This document shows positions 39,835-52,300 of a DNA stretch of 64,000 bases, in pieces (the first letter of the stretch is position 1; every line of letters starts with the position of its first letter). The stretch spans positions 23,899,629-23,963,628 of the forward strand of contig NC_057719.1 in NCBI RefSeq assembly GCF_004010195.1, given 5' to 3'. This DNA is from Chiloscyllium plagiosum. Lineage: Eukaryota. The notes below the pieces were generated by a model. It worked only from the letters and a program-made list of their open reading frames with translations, was not told the origin of the DNA and ran no database searches. Made by a program: the position numbers and the translations under genes.

Positions 39835-42060
39835 CCAGTGGTGCTTTAAAAGCCAGTATGGGAATGAAAGGTGCTGGCATAATTAGATGTTGTACATTTC
39901 ATTTAGTAGAATTGCACATCTTTATGAAGTCTTAGTCATGTAAAAAAAGCTGTTCATTACTATCTGTATTTTCCACATTCCTATGTGTCCTGCCATAGGA
40001 ATTTCCTGTGCTACACGCAATATTTCCCTACGATATCTGGGTGCTAGCACTACTTGATGAATAACTATACATTCTTCATCTGCAGGCCTGTGAAGATGTC
40101 TCCACTTCCTCATCACAATTCAGTTTCCAGTATAATACTGCGCCAGAACTCTTTTAGCCTCAGCTTCCATGTGATCTGACTATGCCAATTTATTTAACTT
40201 TGGATCTGCTTCCTAAAATTCAAATATCAAAGACTTACCAAACACTTCTTTTGAATTATCCTCTTTCTTTAATAGAGTTTTGTCTACCCTGACTTGTCTT
40301 GGTATTATTGAGATCTCTGATGATGGACTTTATTTAACCACTGCTCTGGTCTCTGCAAACAAAGGAAAAATACAAATAACCTACTCTTGTCTCTTTAGCC
40401 TCACTTGGACTTTCCATGATTAGAGGTGAAGTTATAACTTTCACTCCTGTCTAACCATTCCTCAGGAGTAAATGTCCTCCACCCATGAGTAATCTCTGAA
40501 CTACCCCAGCTACCAGTAGTCTTGATAGTGAGCCATATTCTAACTGGACTTTGCCCAATGGAAGCATGACATAATCTCCACCTATCCTGTTTACCAATAT
40601 TTTGACTTTCATTGAGCACCCTGGATGGAAAGTAAATCTTTCTGCAGGAAAAGAATTTGAGTGGCCCTTGAATCCCTTCATATAGTTAAACATTTGGCTA
40701 TACTGTTTTGAAAAAAAAGGATTATCTTCCATTTAGACAAAGTGCCTTCAAATCTCTCAAATATCCTCTATTCTTATATTGCACTCACAGCAGTGTTTAC
40801 TCCCAGTTGCTTACTTGTAGTTACAGCTTCAATTTTGTCCGGATCATTTTTCTTTTGAGTTTCTTTTTCAGACTCATTCTTAACTTGCCTCTGTTTCCTT
40901 CACAAATTCCAGCATCCTGAATGAATATATTGAAATTTGTTTCAATGGAGACAATTTGACTTCCCATTTTCAGCTCCAGAGCTCTCCTTTCTGATCTGAA
41001 GAGTATAATCTGGGCTATTACCAGCTATCTATTCTTTAGACCTTTGCTATTTGACTTTGTTTCACTCTCCCACTTTCTATTCCTTTTGAATTTCTGAGGG
41101 TGACAAATAAAAGGTTTAGTTTTTTTGTATAGTTCATAATTGTCAGCCAGTACTGTTGCCTGTCTAGCAGCTACAACCTCTTAGGTCCTCAACAAGGGCA
41201 CTTAAGGATCGCATACAGTGCTTGTATCCACCTGTCAAATTTGCTTTGCTTAACTCTTTCAAGTTCCATGTAAGTTTGCCCTACTGTTCAAAATTTGTAA
41301 CTTAGGCACTAACTCATATGCAGACAATACAGTTTTTAACTTAAATGCATCATAATCCCTTGAATCTCCTCTGACACCAAAGCATAAATTTCCTATGCTT
41401 TACCTGCCAGCTTACTCTATATGTGCAATGTCAGGGTTCCTTTTTGCTAATTCATTTGTCTTGCTATTTTCTGAAAGAATACCTCTGAATCATTTTTCTT
41501 AAATTTTGGCACAGTCTGGTCAAATCTAAAAATTCCCTACTGGACTTCAAATTATAACTCATATTCTCTTTACCAAAGTCTATATTAGCATCCAATGTCA
41601 CTTTGTTTACATACATCATTTGAAGCTGATAAACATTATTTTTCTCTTTTTCTCTCTTTCTTGTCTCCCTTCACTTTCCCTTTGCAATTCTAGTTTTACT
41701 TTTCTCATTTCCACTTTCTGACTTTATAAATCTGCTCCTTTTTATCTTTTTCTGTCCTTTAGAATAGTATCTCCTGCTTCTTTAATTCAAGTTGTTTTAA
41801 ATATAAATGAATCATACCTAACTCTGATGTTTCAATTCCTAGAATACCTTGTCTCCTGTATTTCTATTAAACACAACTGCTGTGCTAGTACTTTGAATGT
41901 CTTTGCTTTCTTAGATTTATCAAGCAAAGCCATTGCCAAATTATTTGGCAATTCAATTTACCTGGTTTGCGTAGTTTCACTTAAGACTGTCAGTAACAAC
42001 TCTGCCACCTGCAGGAAATTCTTTGCAATTTTCAGTGCCATTTCTTATTTGCAGTACACA
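39835..42060 (-). mobile_element. Decayed Gypsy LTR-retrotransposon internal region (Gmr1-like)
   Basis: Minus strand: gag-like KLAGKA*EIYALVSEE..DYDA..VLSAYELVP (~41420-41300), a protease-like region (~40700-40400), and integrase Zn-finger region YRREILRVAQEIPMAGHIG..LHKDVQF..PAPFIPI (40116-39850). Confidence 0.75.
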
Positions 42061-42369
42061 ACCTGATGTTTTCTTTATCTTCATCACTTCCTAATACTGT
42101 AACCAAATTCTCGTTGCTGTTTCAATGTAATCTAACTATAATCCCCAATCTTTGTTACAACCCTCTTGAGAAATTTTGCTGATTCTCAAGCCCCACTACT
42201 CAGTGTACAGCTTACAGAAACTGATGGAAGAAACGGTCTGAGATGAAGTTTGAGGTAGGCTGCTTCACTCTCATAGAGATTGATTACATGGTCACTGTCA
42301 ACTGTTGTTCTGACCATAGGGAGGTTGACCAGCTGACGTCAATGACTTCACTATCATAAGGTTATCGCC

Positions 42370-42510
42370 CGACAGGTTTATTTGAAACCACAAAGCTTTT
42401 GGAGTGCTGCAAAAGCTTGTGATTTCAAATAAACCTGTTGGACTCTAACCTGCTGTTGTGTGACTTCTGACTTTGTCCACTCCAGTCCAACACCAGCACC
42501 CCCACATACT
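42370..42510 (+). mobile_element. Decayed relative of the palindromic element at 36828
   Basis: acaggtttatttgaaaccacaaagcttt..aaagcttgtgatttcaaataaacctgt palindrome plus ccagtccaacacc tail. Confidence 0.7.
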
Positions 42511-42534
42511 GACTTCAATGAAACATTATAATGT

Positions 42535-43515
42535 TTGAAAGTCATTATGGCATTCTTGATATTGTACTGAGTGACAATGGCCCTCAATTCAGAAAGGATT
42601 GGGAAATTCAACACCACATATCATCTCCACAGTATCCCTAGTCAAATGGAAAGGTTGAGGCAGCAGTAAAGATCACCAAAGGAATTCTAAAGAAATCATG
42701 AAAATCCAAATGTATACAAGGTAATCCTTGAGCAGAGAAACACGCCTACTCAAGACATGGAAAGTAATGCAGACCAAATATTAATGTCATGCCTGTCCTA
42801 ATCTACTTTTCCAATAGTGTAAAAACTATTGAGGTCAGGATTAAAATAGGTGTGATTGACAAAGTCAAGGAGGAATGACAAAATTCACATTGATAAAACC
42901 TTACAATATTGCTAGCAAATGTTAAATATTATAAACAAATGTCAGCCTATGTGGCAACAAAAAATTGGCACTTCGATTGTATGTGATGAACATGAGCAAA
43001 CAACTATATCAACGAAACCACAGACACCTCCTTCACTACAGGCAGTGGATCGGAAAGCTACAATGTCATGACCTGCACAGAGTACAGACCATCAGACCCA
43101 GAAGTCCTCTGTTCCCCAGCAATAGGCATGGATTGACAATAATAGTTACAGTGGCAACAGCACTTGACTTGGAAGCAATACTCCCTCTAGAAGGAATCAC
43201 ACCAGGAAAGATCAAATATATGAGAAACAGCCAACAACAATGAATATCTGTACCATTAGAGACCTGCATAATTTATGTATGCCATACATGTGCAGTTATT
43301 GGCAAAAGTGGAACGGGCAAGAGTTAACATAAATGATAGGAGGATGCAATTGTATAATTAGCTCACTGCTGGCTTGTCATCATGTGACCTCTGCCTCTAT
43401 TGGAGTCACTTATCTTTATAATCTGGCAGAGCTATTAAACATACATTACATGAAACAGTTTGTTTTATTTTAGCTGTGCAATTGTTGTGTACAGGCTTGT
43501 AACCCTTACAAATCA
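42535..43515 (+). mobile_element. Gypsy-type integrase fragment with probable 3' LTR
   Basis: HYGILDIVLSDNGPQF..HISSPQYP*SNGKVEAAVK (rve core), LYQRNHRHL, then a purine run and TG at ~43345. Confidence 0.72.
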
Positions 43516-44856
43516 GAGGGCCTATTATATATATATGTTGTGAGGTAATGGAATTCCCTGCAGGAAGGTGCCAAAGAGTGAAGGGATGACATGTCTAAAT
43601 TGCAATTTGTAGTTGCTCATATTTGCAGAATATTATAATGTGGGATCTGTCTTCCTGAACAAATTATAGCAATAAAGATGAGAGAGTAATTAATCCCAAA
43701 CCTACTCTGAGATCTTGATCTTATAAAAGAGCTTCAGAATGACAGGAAGGCATTGGAAGTCAAAAAAATCTAACCTAGTTTTGACATGAAATATATAATT
43801 TAGTAAAGAATGACTATCATAAAAATTCAGTGATATTATGCATTGAGTAATAGTAATTTGATAGGTTTTACGACCACAAAAGCTGTTGAATTCTCGAACT
43901 CAGCCTTATCATCAGAACATAACATCTTTGGTGGAGGCTAATTGCTTCCTCACAGAAGGAAGGTAAAATTTCTCAAATGGGCATATTCAGTTCAGCTAAA
44001 TAGTCCTTTTGTAAGCCTGAAAGAAGGAATCCCCCCATCCCACACCAATCCCACGCACATTCAAATTCAAATAAGGTGATCTGTGAGAAGAAAGAAAAGG
44101 TGTAATTTTGTTATAATACCTACATTGGTGGAAATAGTATAAAAGCAAATGTTTTACCATGTGATTTTTGTGAATTTTTTTAGAATTTTGTTTCATCCCT
44201 TCAAGATTAATATAGGAAATCAGTACCAGCAACTCTTATTGATAGACCTTTCGTGTTGCAAAACATCTCAAGATGCAAGATTTGATACTGAGCCACTTAA
44301 GCAATACCAGGACATGTGACAAAAAACTTAGCCAAAGGGATAGACTTTTAAGAGTAACTTGCAATTTGTAGTTGCTCAGATTTGCAGAATATTATAATGT
44401 GTGATCTGTCCCTACCACTGGATTGGTAAGTGCAGGTTCAATTCCCACCTGCTCTAGATGTGTGTATTGGCATCTCTGAACAAGTCGATTAAGAGGAAAA
44501 AATTGAGAGACTTGAGGCTATGTGTGAGCTTACAGCCTCAATAGCAAGCATTCAAGTTATTCAAACAAGAGCTGTGCATGACACTAAAATAAATGGAATT
44601 CAGGTTGGAGGAGATTTTATTGAAAGGGAGTATCAAGGCAATAGAAGGATTTGAAAACAATTTTTGTTAATGTTTATGAATTGAGAAAAAACACACTTAT
44701 ATTCATGTGAGTAAACTAAGCCTCTTATTGTCTTTAATATAATATAAAACCAGAAAATGCTGGAGAAATTCAATAGTTCTGGCAGTTTACATGGAGAGAG
44801 AAACATTTTGAGTCCAATGTACAATATCTCTCATTATCACTGTTTGGTTCTTTTAG

Positions 44857-45127
44857 GTAAATGGGTGAAACCTTTTGATCCTCAGAAAACCTATGAAGAT
44901 GACTTTCATGTCGATGATACAACAACAGTTAAAGTTCAAATGATGAAGAGGAAAGGAAGATATTATATGAATTATGATGAAGAACTTCGTAGTTCTGTGA
45001 TTTTGATTCCATATAGAGGAAATGCTTCTCTTGTGCTTATACTACCAGAGCGAGGAAAATTGGCAGAAGTGGAACAAAACTTGACAATTACCAATTTTCA
45101 AAATTTAATAACATCATCACGGATTGG
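44857..45127 (+). CDS. Serpin coding exon 2 (271 bp)
   Basis: ttttAG acceptor; KWVKPFDPQKTYEDDFHVDDTTTVKVQMM..IPYRGNASLVLILPERGKL; GG|GTAAGT donor. Size and phase as in group V2 (SERPINA-type) serpin genes. Confidence 0.96.
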
Positions 45128-45965
45128 GTAAGTTTGCTGCATCAATGAAATATAATTATTTTCCACCGACACAGAGGTGGTGTGTTACAATCAGTGACAA
45201 GGCAGCGAAAGATCCATGGTTTTGCGGTAACTTCACTTTTATATTGCATGGTCTTATTGCCCCAATATCTATTGCTTTTGTGAAAGAGGTGCCAGAAGGG
45301 TCAAATTTAAGAGAAATCAGTGTGACAGATTGATCCAAATGTCCTCAGGTTGCTGTTTCTCTGAAGCATGGATTTGAATCCTACTTCTGATATACTGATC
45401 CTTTGCAAAGTCCTAGCAGTATATGGGGATGCAGTGATATAGTGGTGATGTTACTTGATTAGTAATAGCAAGCAGAGATATAGTGATGATGTTATAGTGA
45501 TGATCTGGAAGGCCTGAGTTCAAATCTGAGCGGAATAAGTAGGGGATTTAAATTTACGCTGAGATGGTTTAATAAGACGGCTCGGTCAATGGACACAAAC
45601 CATTTATAGGAAAACTTTTCAGAGGAATTCATTCCTATGTTGCCCCCACAAACTACCCATAAGTTGCTTTTCCAACGGGGGCATTGGATAGCAATTAGGA
45701 ACGGGACAACTGGTGGCTCTATGAGCTCAGAGAATCTCAGGAATCTATAAAGAATCTCTCCTTGTCGAAATAGATTTCGATTTAACAGGAAAAAGTTCTA
45801 AACTTGGTAGTTCAGCTCAAAAGCATGATTTTAAATTTATTCTGAAGTCAGTTGTATTTTTTAAGTAAAATTATTCAAGGTTAAACATGACTTCTTTACA
45901 TTTCTTTCATTTTAAAAATTGTTTTTGATTTCTACTTAGATTCAGAAATCGATATGGAACAAATG

Positions 45966-46240
45966 GGCTGGCATGGTGGCTCAGTGGTTATCACTGCTGA
46001 CCCACAGTCCCAGGGACCTGGGTTTGATTCCACTCTCAGGCAACTATCTATGTGGAGTTTGTTCATTCTCCCCGTGTCTGTGTGGGTTTCCTTCCCATAT
46101 GCAAAGATGGGTAGGTTAGGTGGATTGGCCATGGTTAATGCAGGGCTACAGGGCAGGGGTTGGAGTTGGGTGGGATACTGTTCAGAGGGTCACTGAGGAT
46201 TCAATGGGCCAAATGGCCTGTTTCCACACTGTAGAGATTC
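45966..46240 (+). mobile_element. Diverged V-SINE
   Basis: tRNA-like head, V core and CR1-like tail. Confidence 0.8.
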
Positions 46241-46757
46241 TAAACAAATATTGTTTTTACTCATCTAGTGTATTACTTCAAACAAGATGCAAAGAAATAT
46301 TTACTGGAGTGGGTGCACTGAATAATTTGGTGCATCTACGCAAATGAAGAAAATTTTGATGAGATTTTAAAATGGAACATGAGATCCAAAAAGCACCACA
46401 ACTACATTGTAGCTAAAACCTGTATGAGCAGTGCCAATAACCAAGTATCTCTTTAATCAGTCAAACTGAAGAAGCATTAATAAGCAACACAGAGTCTGAA
46501 CTGAGAAATGCCATCAGCTAGGATAATGACCATTCAGGAAAATACCAGGAAAATATCCAGTCGAGCTATGTATAAGAAAAGATCACCATCACCTTGTAAA
46601 ATAGCATAGAGTTGGTGAATGGAAACCGAGAATATATCATTTATATTATATATGTTGGAGGTCAAAATTAAGAAATGAAAATAACAAATTAAAATAAAAT
46701 GTAAGCTGAATGTACAAGTTTAGAGAAAATGAGTGTATTCTTTCTGATACCAAATAG

Positions 46758-46905
46758 GTCTGTGGATCTACGCCTCCCAAAGTTGTCTTTAAGGTTGACG
46801 TACCAACTCAAGCAACTGCTGATTACAATGGGTCTTGTAGACATCTTCACTAATAATGCAAATCTCTCCAAAATCACTAAATCTGGACCAGTACATGTAT
46901 CGAAG
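46758..46905 (+). CDS. Serpin coding exon 3 (148 bp)
   Basis: aatAG acceptor; SVDLRLPKLSLRLTYQLKQLLITMGLVDIFTNNANLSKITKSGPVHVSK; AAG|GTAAAA donor. Confidence 0.95.
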
Positions 46906-48559
46906 GTAAAACATTTAACTGACATACACATAATACTCAAACTTTAATCAACTAATAAAAGGTTGTGGAACTGGTTGTCTGAATGTTCAAGTATCAAAAT
47001 TTGAATAATCATCAGAAGACATAACTATTCCTTTAAGATTTTCCTGTGATTTTTCTCTTACATGTCATCTTTCTGGAGTTCTGCCTCTGTGAAATGTTTC
47101 ACTTTATGCTACCTAAAGGCAAATTAAATGGCAGAGGTTCTGGTGTCAAGAGACCATTGCTTTGTTTCTATCTACAAGTAATCAGAGTTCACCTGCACAG
47201 CGCAGCATAACAATTTCCATGTCTCATTGACCTGTGTAAAACCAGAACGAGCCTTAAAACCAGAGATAGTCCATGGTCAGAAAAGTTGCAACTGTGACAA
47301 ATGCAAACATTATCAGATGATTCTACATTACAGACAATACTCCAGAATCCATAAGTTAACAATGAATAAGCGCCAGATATCCAAGCAAAAGTCATTCACA
47401 ATTAATACTTCTGATACAAAGAGGAAAAAGACCATCAATTCCATCCAGATTGTCCCAGAAGTTACAATTCCTGGCGCATCTGTATAAATACATTCTCTAC
47501 CCCAATGAAAACCATGTGATCTTGTGGGAAATATGAACAATATCTAAATATCTTAACCATAGAACCATACAGAAGTTACAGCACAGCAAAAGGCCTTTCA
47601 GCCTATTATGTTTGCACTGGCTGAATAAATTAGGTGCCCATCCTAATCCCATTTTCTAACACCTGGTCCATAGACTTGCAGGTGTCTGTCCTCCGAGGGC
47701 TTGTCCAGGTCCCTTTTCAATGAGTTGAGGGTCTCCATATGAATCACCAAACTGGGCAGTGAATTCGACCCTTTGGATGAAACAGATTAATGGTAAAATG
47801 ACCTGAAAACATTTTCTGAGGTCATGAGAAAAATGAAGGAACTGATAGAGCAGCTGTCTGACACAACCAGTGGAGTGATGCTGGGTTAAAATGGCTAGTC
47901 TTTGTGCTACACAGTTCTATAGTTCTGGTGTTTGAGTGGAACTGCAGCAGCACATAAATTACTTGTTGGGAAACCAAATTAAACACTTGGTCCCTTAAAT
48001 ACAATAATTGGTAAAGGTTCAAGTATAGCTCCAGAATAATAACACGCAGATTGTGCTACTTTAAATACATTGTTTAATATTGTATCATAAACAGTGTGAT
48101 TTGACTGTTAAAGTAGCAGAAGAAATTTGTAGCAATTTCAATGCCAGGGTGAGATATGTGAGGGCACAGTAGTTTAGAGATACCAAACTTTGGTTTTCAA
48201 AACATACATTGTAAATGTTAGGGAATCCTGAGAGAAAAAAGAACTTTCACAGTTTTGACATTCTGGGAAATAATATTGAAGAATTTTGTCAAAGCTGTTT
48301 TTCCTCTATCACTGTAACTTCACAGTTTAGCTCAAAGCTTGATTCAATAATTCCCACATTAGAGTAGGAAATCTTCAAGGAAATTTATCCATAAAAAGCT
48401 ATAGAAGGAGATTTTGGTTTAAGACATAGCTCAACATAAATTTATGGAAGGTGAGTGTATAGAATAACACATACCTACAGCTTAGAATAAAGTAAGTTTC
48501 AAAGCAGTGCTGCTCTATTAAAATCAATAAAGCTGAAGTAATAGTAATCACAACAAAGA

Positions 48560-49060
48560 GAGAGTTTGATGGCTACAGCGAAGGAATGATCGCTGAATCT
48601 TGAAGAGACTTGGTGTTGAGATTTTACCATGTCCAGCATCATAATGCACTAGAGAAAGCATCCTATCTGGATGCATCACAGCATGGTATGGCAACTTCTC
48701 TTTCCAAGATGGCGAGAAACTAAGGGGTTGTGAACACAACCCAGACTATCACATTAACCGGCCTCCTATCCATTAATTTCATCTATGCTTCCCCCTGTAC
48801 CAGCAAAGCAACCAAACATAATCAAAGACCCCTCCCACCCGATTGATATTCTCTTCCACCCTTTCCATTGGAGAGAATATATGAAAGTTTGAATATACAG
48901 ATTCAAGAACGCCCTCTTCCCCACAGTTATCAGACCTTTTAATTGGCCTCTTGTGTTAATGTTGATCTCTCTCTGCACCTTCTCAGCATCTCTAATACTG
49001 TATCCTGCATTTTGTTCTGTTACCCTGATGCTCTTGTATAGTACAATCTGCCTGGAAAGC
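48560..49060 (+). mobile_element. Rex1/Babar-type LINE 3' fragment
   Basis: ESILSGCITAWYGN, IIKDPSHP and RFKNALFPTVIR motifs. Confidence 0.75.
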
Positions 49061-49062
49061 AT

Positions 49063-49395
49063 GTGGTGGCACAGTGGCTCAGTGATTAGCACTGCTACCT
49101 CACAGCACCAGGGCCCTGGGTTTGATTCCAGCCTTGGGTGACTGTCTGCATGGAGTTTGCACATTCTCCCCGTATCTGTGCGGTTTTCTCCAGGTGCTCC
49201 AGTTTCCTCTTACAGTTCAAACATGTGTAGGTTAGGTGAATTAGCCAAGTTAAATTGCTCATAGTATTCTGGGATGTGTAGGCTAGGCGCATTAGTCAGA
49301 GTAAATGTAAGGTAGGGGAATGGGTTTGTATAGGTTGCTCTTTGGAGGGTCAGTGTGGATGTGTTTGGCTGAATGACCTGTTTCCACACTATAGA
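49063..49395 (+). mobile_element. V-SINE
   Basis: Similar to 54420-54738. Confidence 0.85.
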
Positions 49396-49680
49396 AATGT
49401 CATAATTCATGTAAAACAACATTTTACACTGTGCATCAGTTTACATGACAGTAATAAATCAAATATAATTATTATGTCAGTGAAACAGGAGCAGTTCCTT
49501 ACCTGGGCATCTGCCTTTGACTGGCCGAGCCACTACCATCCCACAGTAACAGGAACAGGCTTTTATCCTGATGCCATTTTGTCACTCCTGTTACCTCCCA
49601 GGCCTTCTCTAAAGGCTAATAAAATTCCAGCCATTGATCAGATTTTATTAATCAAATTTCATATTTCCCTGTTTTTCTAG

Positions 49681-49869
49681 GTGATTCATGAAGCAGTTCT
49701 GGATGTTGATGAAAGAGGAACTGAAGCCACAGCAGTTACAGGAGTTGGTTTGATGCCGATGTCAAAGCCTCCTCAACTTAAATTTAATAGACCCTTCTTA
49801 CTATTAATTGCTGAACACAGCAGCAAGAGTGTCCTGTTTGCAGGGAGAGTGATGAATCCCACTGATTAA
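49681..49869 (+). CDS. Serpin terminal exon with reactive-centre loop
   Basis: tttttctAG acceptor; VIHEAVLDVDERGTEATAVTGVGLMPM-SKPPQLKFNRPFLLLI..VLFAGRVMNPTD*. The spliced CDS is 655+271+148+189=1263 nt, i.e. 420 aa with no internal stop. Confidence 0.97.
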   Translation: MIHEAVLDVDERGTEATAVTGVGLMPMSKPPQLKFNRPFLLLIAEHSSKSVLFAGRVMNPTD

Positions 49870-49911
49870 TACTGATGCAAACTCCACACATCCACAAAAT
49901 AGTCTAGGATC

Positions 49912-49917
49912 AATAAA
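49912..49917 (+). terminator. Serpin polyadenylation signal AATAAA
   Basis: First AATAAA, 43 nt after the stop codon. Confidence 0.65.
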
Positions 49918-49994
49918 TTGAAAGTGATGAGGTTACTTGTAACAGCTGTTAACATTTAAATAGCAGAAGATTTAGTCAAATGTAGCACTCTATA

Positions 49995-50805
49995 TCTTCT
50001 TCAAGGACCGCAATTTCCCCCCCGACGTGGTCGACGGTGCCCTCCACCACATCTCCTCCACTTCCCGCTCCTCCGCCCTTTAGCCCCGCCCCTCCAACCG
50101 CCACCAGGACAGAACCCCACTGGTCCTCACCTACCACCCCACCAATCTCCATGTACAGCGCATCATCCGCCGTCACTTCCGCCACCCCCAAACAGACCCC
50201 AGCACCAAGGATATATTTCCCTCCCCTCCCCTACCAGCTTTCCGTAGAGACCACTCCCTCCGCGACTCCCTCGTCAGATCCACACCCCCCACCGACCCAA
50301 CCACCACTCCCGGCACCTTCCCTTGCAACCGCAGGAGGTGCAACACTTGCGCCCACACCTCCCCCCTCACTCCTCTCCAAGGCCCAAAAGGAAACTCCCA
50401 TATCCGCCACAGATTCACCTGCACCTCCACCCACATCATCTACTGCATCCGCTGCAGCCGGTGTGGCCTCCTCTATATTGGGGAGACAGGCCGCCTACTT
50501 GCGGAGCGATTCAGGGAGCCTTCCTGACCTGTAGTCTTCTTCTTGACCTCTCCGCCTCCGTCCTACTCCGACCTATCACCCTCACCTTGACCTCTTTCCA
50601 CCTATCACATTTCCAACTCCCCTCCTCCAAGTCCCTCCTCCCTACCTTTTATCTTCTCCTGCTGAACACTCTCTGCTCATTCCTGAAGAAGGGCCTGTGC
50701 CCGAAACGTCGAATCTCCTGTTCCCTGGATGCTGCCTGACCTGCTGTGCTGTTCCAGCAATAAAGTTTCAACTTTGATCTCCAGCATCTGCAGACCTCAC
50801 TTTCT
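49995..50805 (+). mobile_element. 5'-truncated Penelope-like element (Neptune-type GIY-YIG region + pLTR)
   Basis: A frame not shown in the ORF track reads FFKDRNFPP..PLVLTYHP..AFRRDHSLRDSLV..PCNRRRCNTC..FTCTSTHIIYCIRCSRCGLLYIGETGRLLAERFRE. 8-bp TSD actctata (49987-49994 / 50806-50813). Confidence 0.92.
50679..50714 (+). ncRNA. Minimal type I hammerhead ribozyme motif
   Basis: ATTC-CTGAAGA-A-GGGC-CTGT-GCCC-GAAA-CGTC-GAAT: stem I, core, stem II, GAAA and GUC cleavage triplet are all present. Confidence 0.85.
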
Positions 50806-51989
50806 ACTCTATAATGAAAACCCAGTGTATCAAATGTAGACTTATGATATATCATGCTTTATATGAGGCCTAGTTTTAGTATCTTAAATCTAATTTACAT
50901 TAAAGTAGATGATGCATTTGAACTTTCAGGGTGTGATTTTTGTTTAAAAGTGCTCATGAAGTTGCATCGGTAAATTTATTTTATTTGATGACTTAAAAGG
51001 ACCAGAAGAGCCGATTGCTACTTTCCATTGGATTTTTTTTCTTGTATTACGCTTTTACACAGCCAAACAATTTTATGAGGCTACACTGACAGAGTCAAGC
51101 TAATTGGAGTTGAATATTTAGGTCCAATCTACACAGATCCAGGTCTCAGTATGATCAAAATCCCATTGGCATTTGGCTGTGCCTGTTGGAGAAGATAAAA
51201 CAGGGGATTTGTTTGTGTCAAATAGACAAAGACAGCTTATTGTATCTGCTGCGTCACTGCAATTTATTATTATTCATGAAATCTATAGGATATATATAAC
51301 AGCAACTCACCAAATTTGCCTGTGCAGCTTCTCCCAATTCTGTAATTTCCACCACCAAGAATGTCAAAATTAGCATTAACAGGGCAACACCATCCACTTT
51401 GGACCAAATTGCCCTTCCAAACATAAATCATCCTCACTTGGATATCTATTGCCATTGCTGCATAAATGTACTGGATTAGTGCACCTAACATCATTATAGA
51501 ATAATGGAGCAATACAAAAGAAGTTCATTGTGCCCACATCTGCTCTTTCCCCAAAAACCTGCAAAATGTTCCCCCATTATCTAAATGCTTATCTAAATTC
51601 CTTCTAAAATTTATATTGGATCTTCTTCCTCTGTACTGTTAAGCAGTGCAAATAAATTTGTCAAGTACCCATACCATTAAAAAAATTACAATGTGCTTCA
51701 TAGGAACATTATGAAATATGACATGCCAGTGAGCCACAGAAAGAGATACAGTATTAGTTCAGATATCAAAATCTTGGTCAAAGGAGCAGGTTTTAAGGAA
51801 TGTCACAAAGATGAAATTGTGGCAGTGAGGCAGAGAGGTGAAGGAATAAAATTCCAGAGGATAGGCTTTCACCAACTAAAGGCACAGCCACCAATGGGGG
51901 AGCAAATTATCAGTGATGCTGAAATGCAGGGCACCATTTTTCTTTTTTCTCCAGCCGCTTCATAAGATTTTTTTAAAGGACTTCCATTT

Positions 51990-52300
51990 AGACCATAAGA
52001 CCAAAGATATAGGAATAGAATTAGACCATTTGATCCATTGAGTCTGGCCCATCATTCAATTATGGCTCATATGTTTTTCAACACTAATCTCTTGCCTTCT
52101 CACAGTAATCCTTGATCTCCTTACTAATCAAGAACCCCTATCTATCTCTGTCTTAAATACACTCAATGACTTGCCCTCCACAGCCTTCCGTGACAATGGG
52201 TTCACAGAGTCACCACCTTCTGGCTGAAGAAACTCCTCCTCATCTCATGTCTAAAGATCATTTCTTCACTGAGGTTATATCCTTGGTCTTAGTCTCTCCT
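51990..52300 (-). mobile_element. CR1 3' end fragment
   Basis: Same 3' UTR type as 16651-16980. Confidence 0.7.

Noticed and set aside
47185..47487. ~100-codon open frame in the last serpin intron, considered as an alternative reactive-loop exon
   Set aside because: No hinge or FNRPF motif, weak acceptor, no recognisable homology.
50037..50534. Pro/Thr-rich 165-aa ORF and overlapping ORFs
   Set aside because: Alternative frames of the C-rich Penelope fragment; the meaningful frame is the GIY-YIG one.
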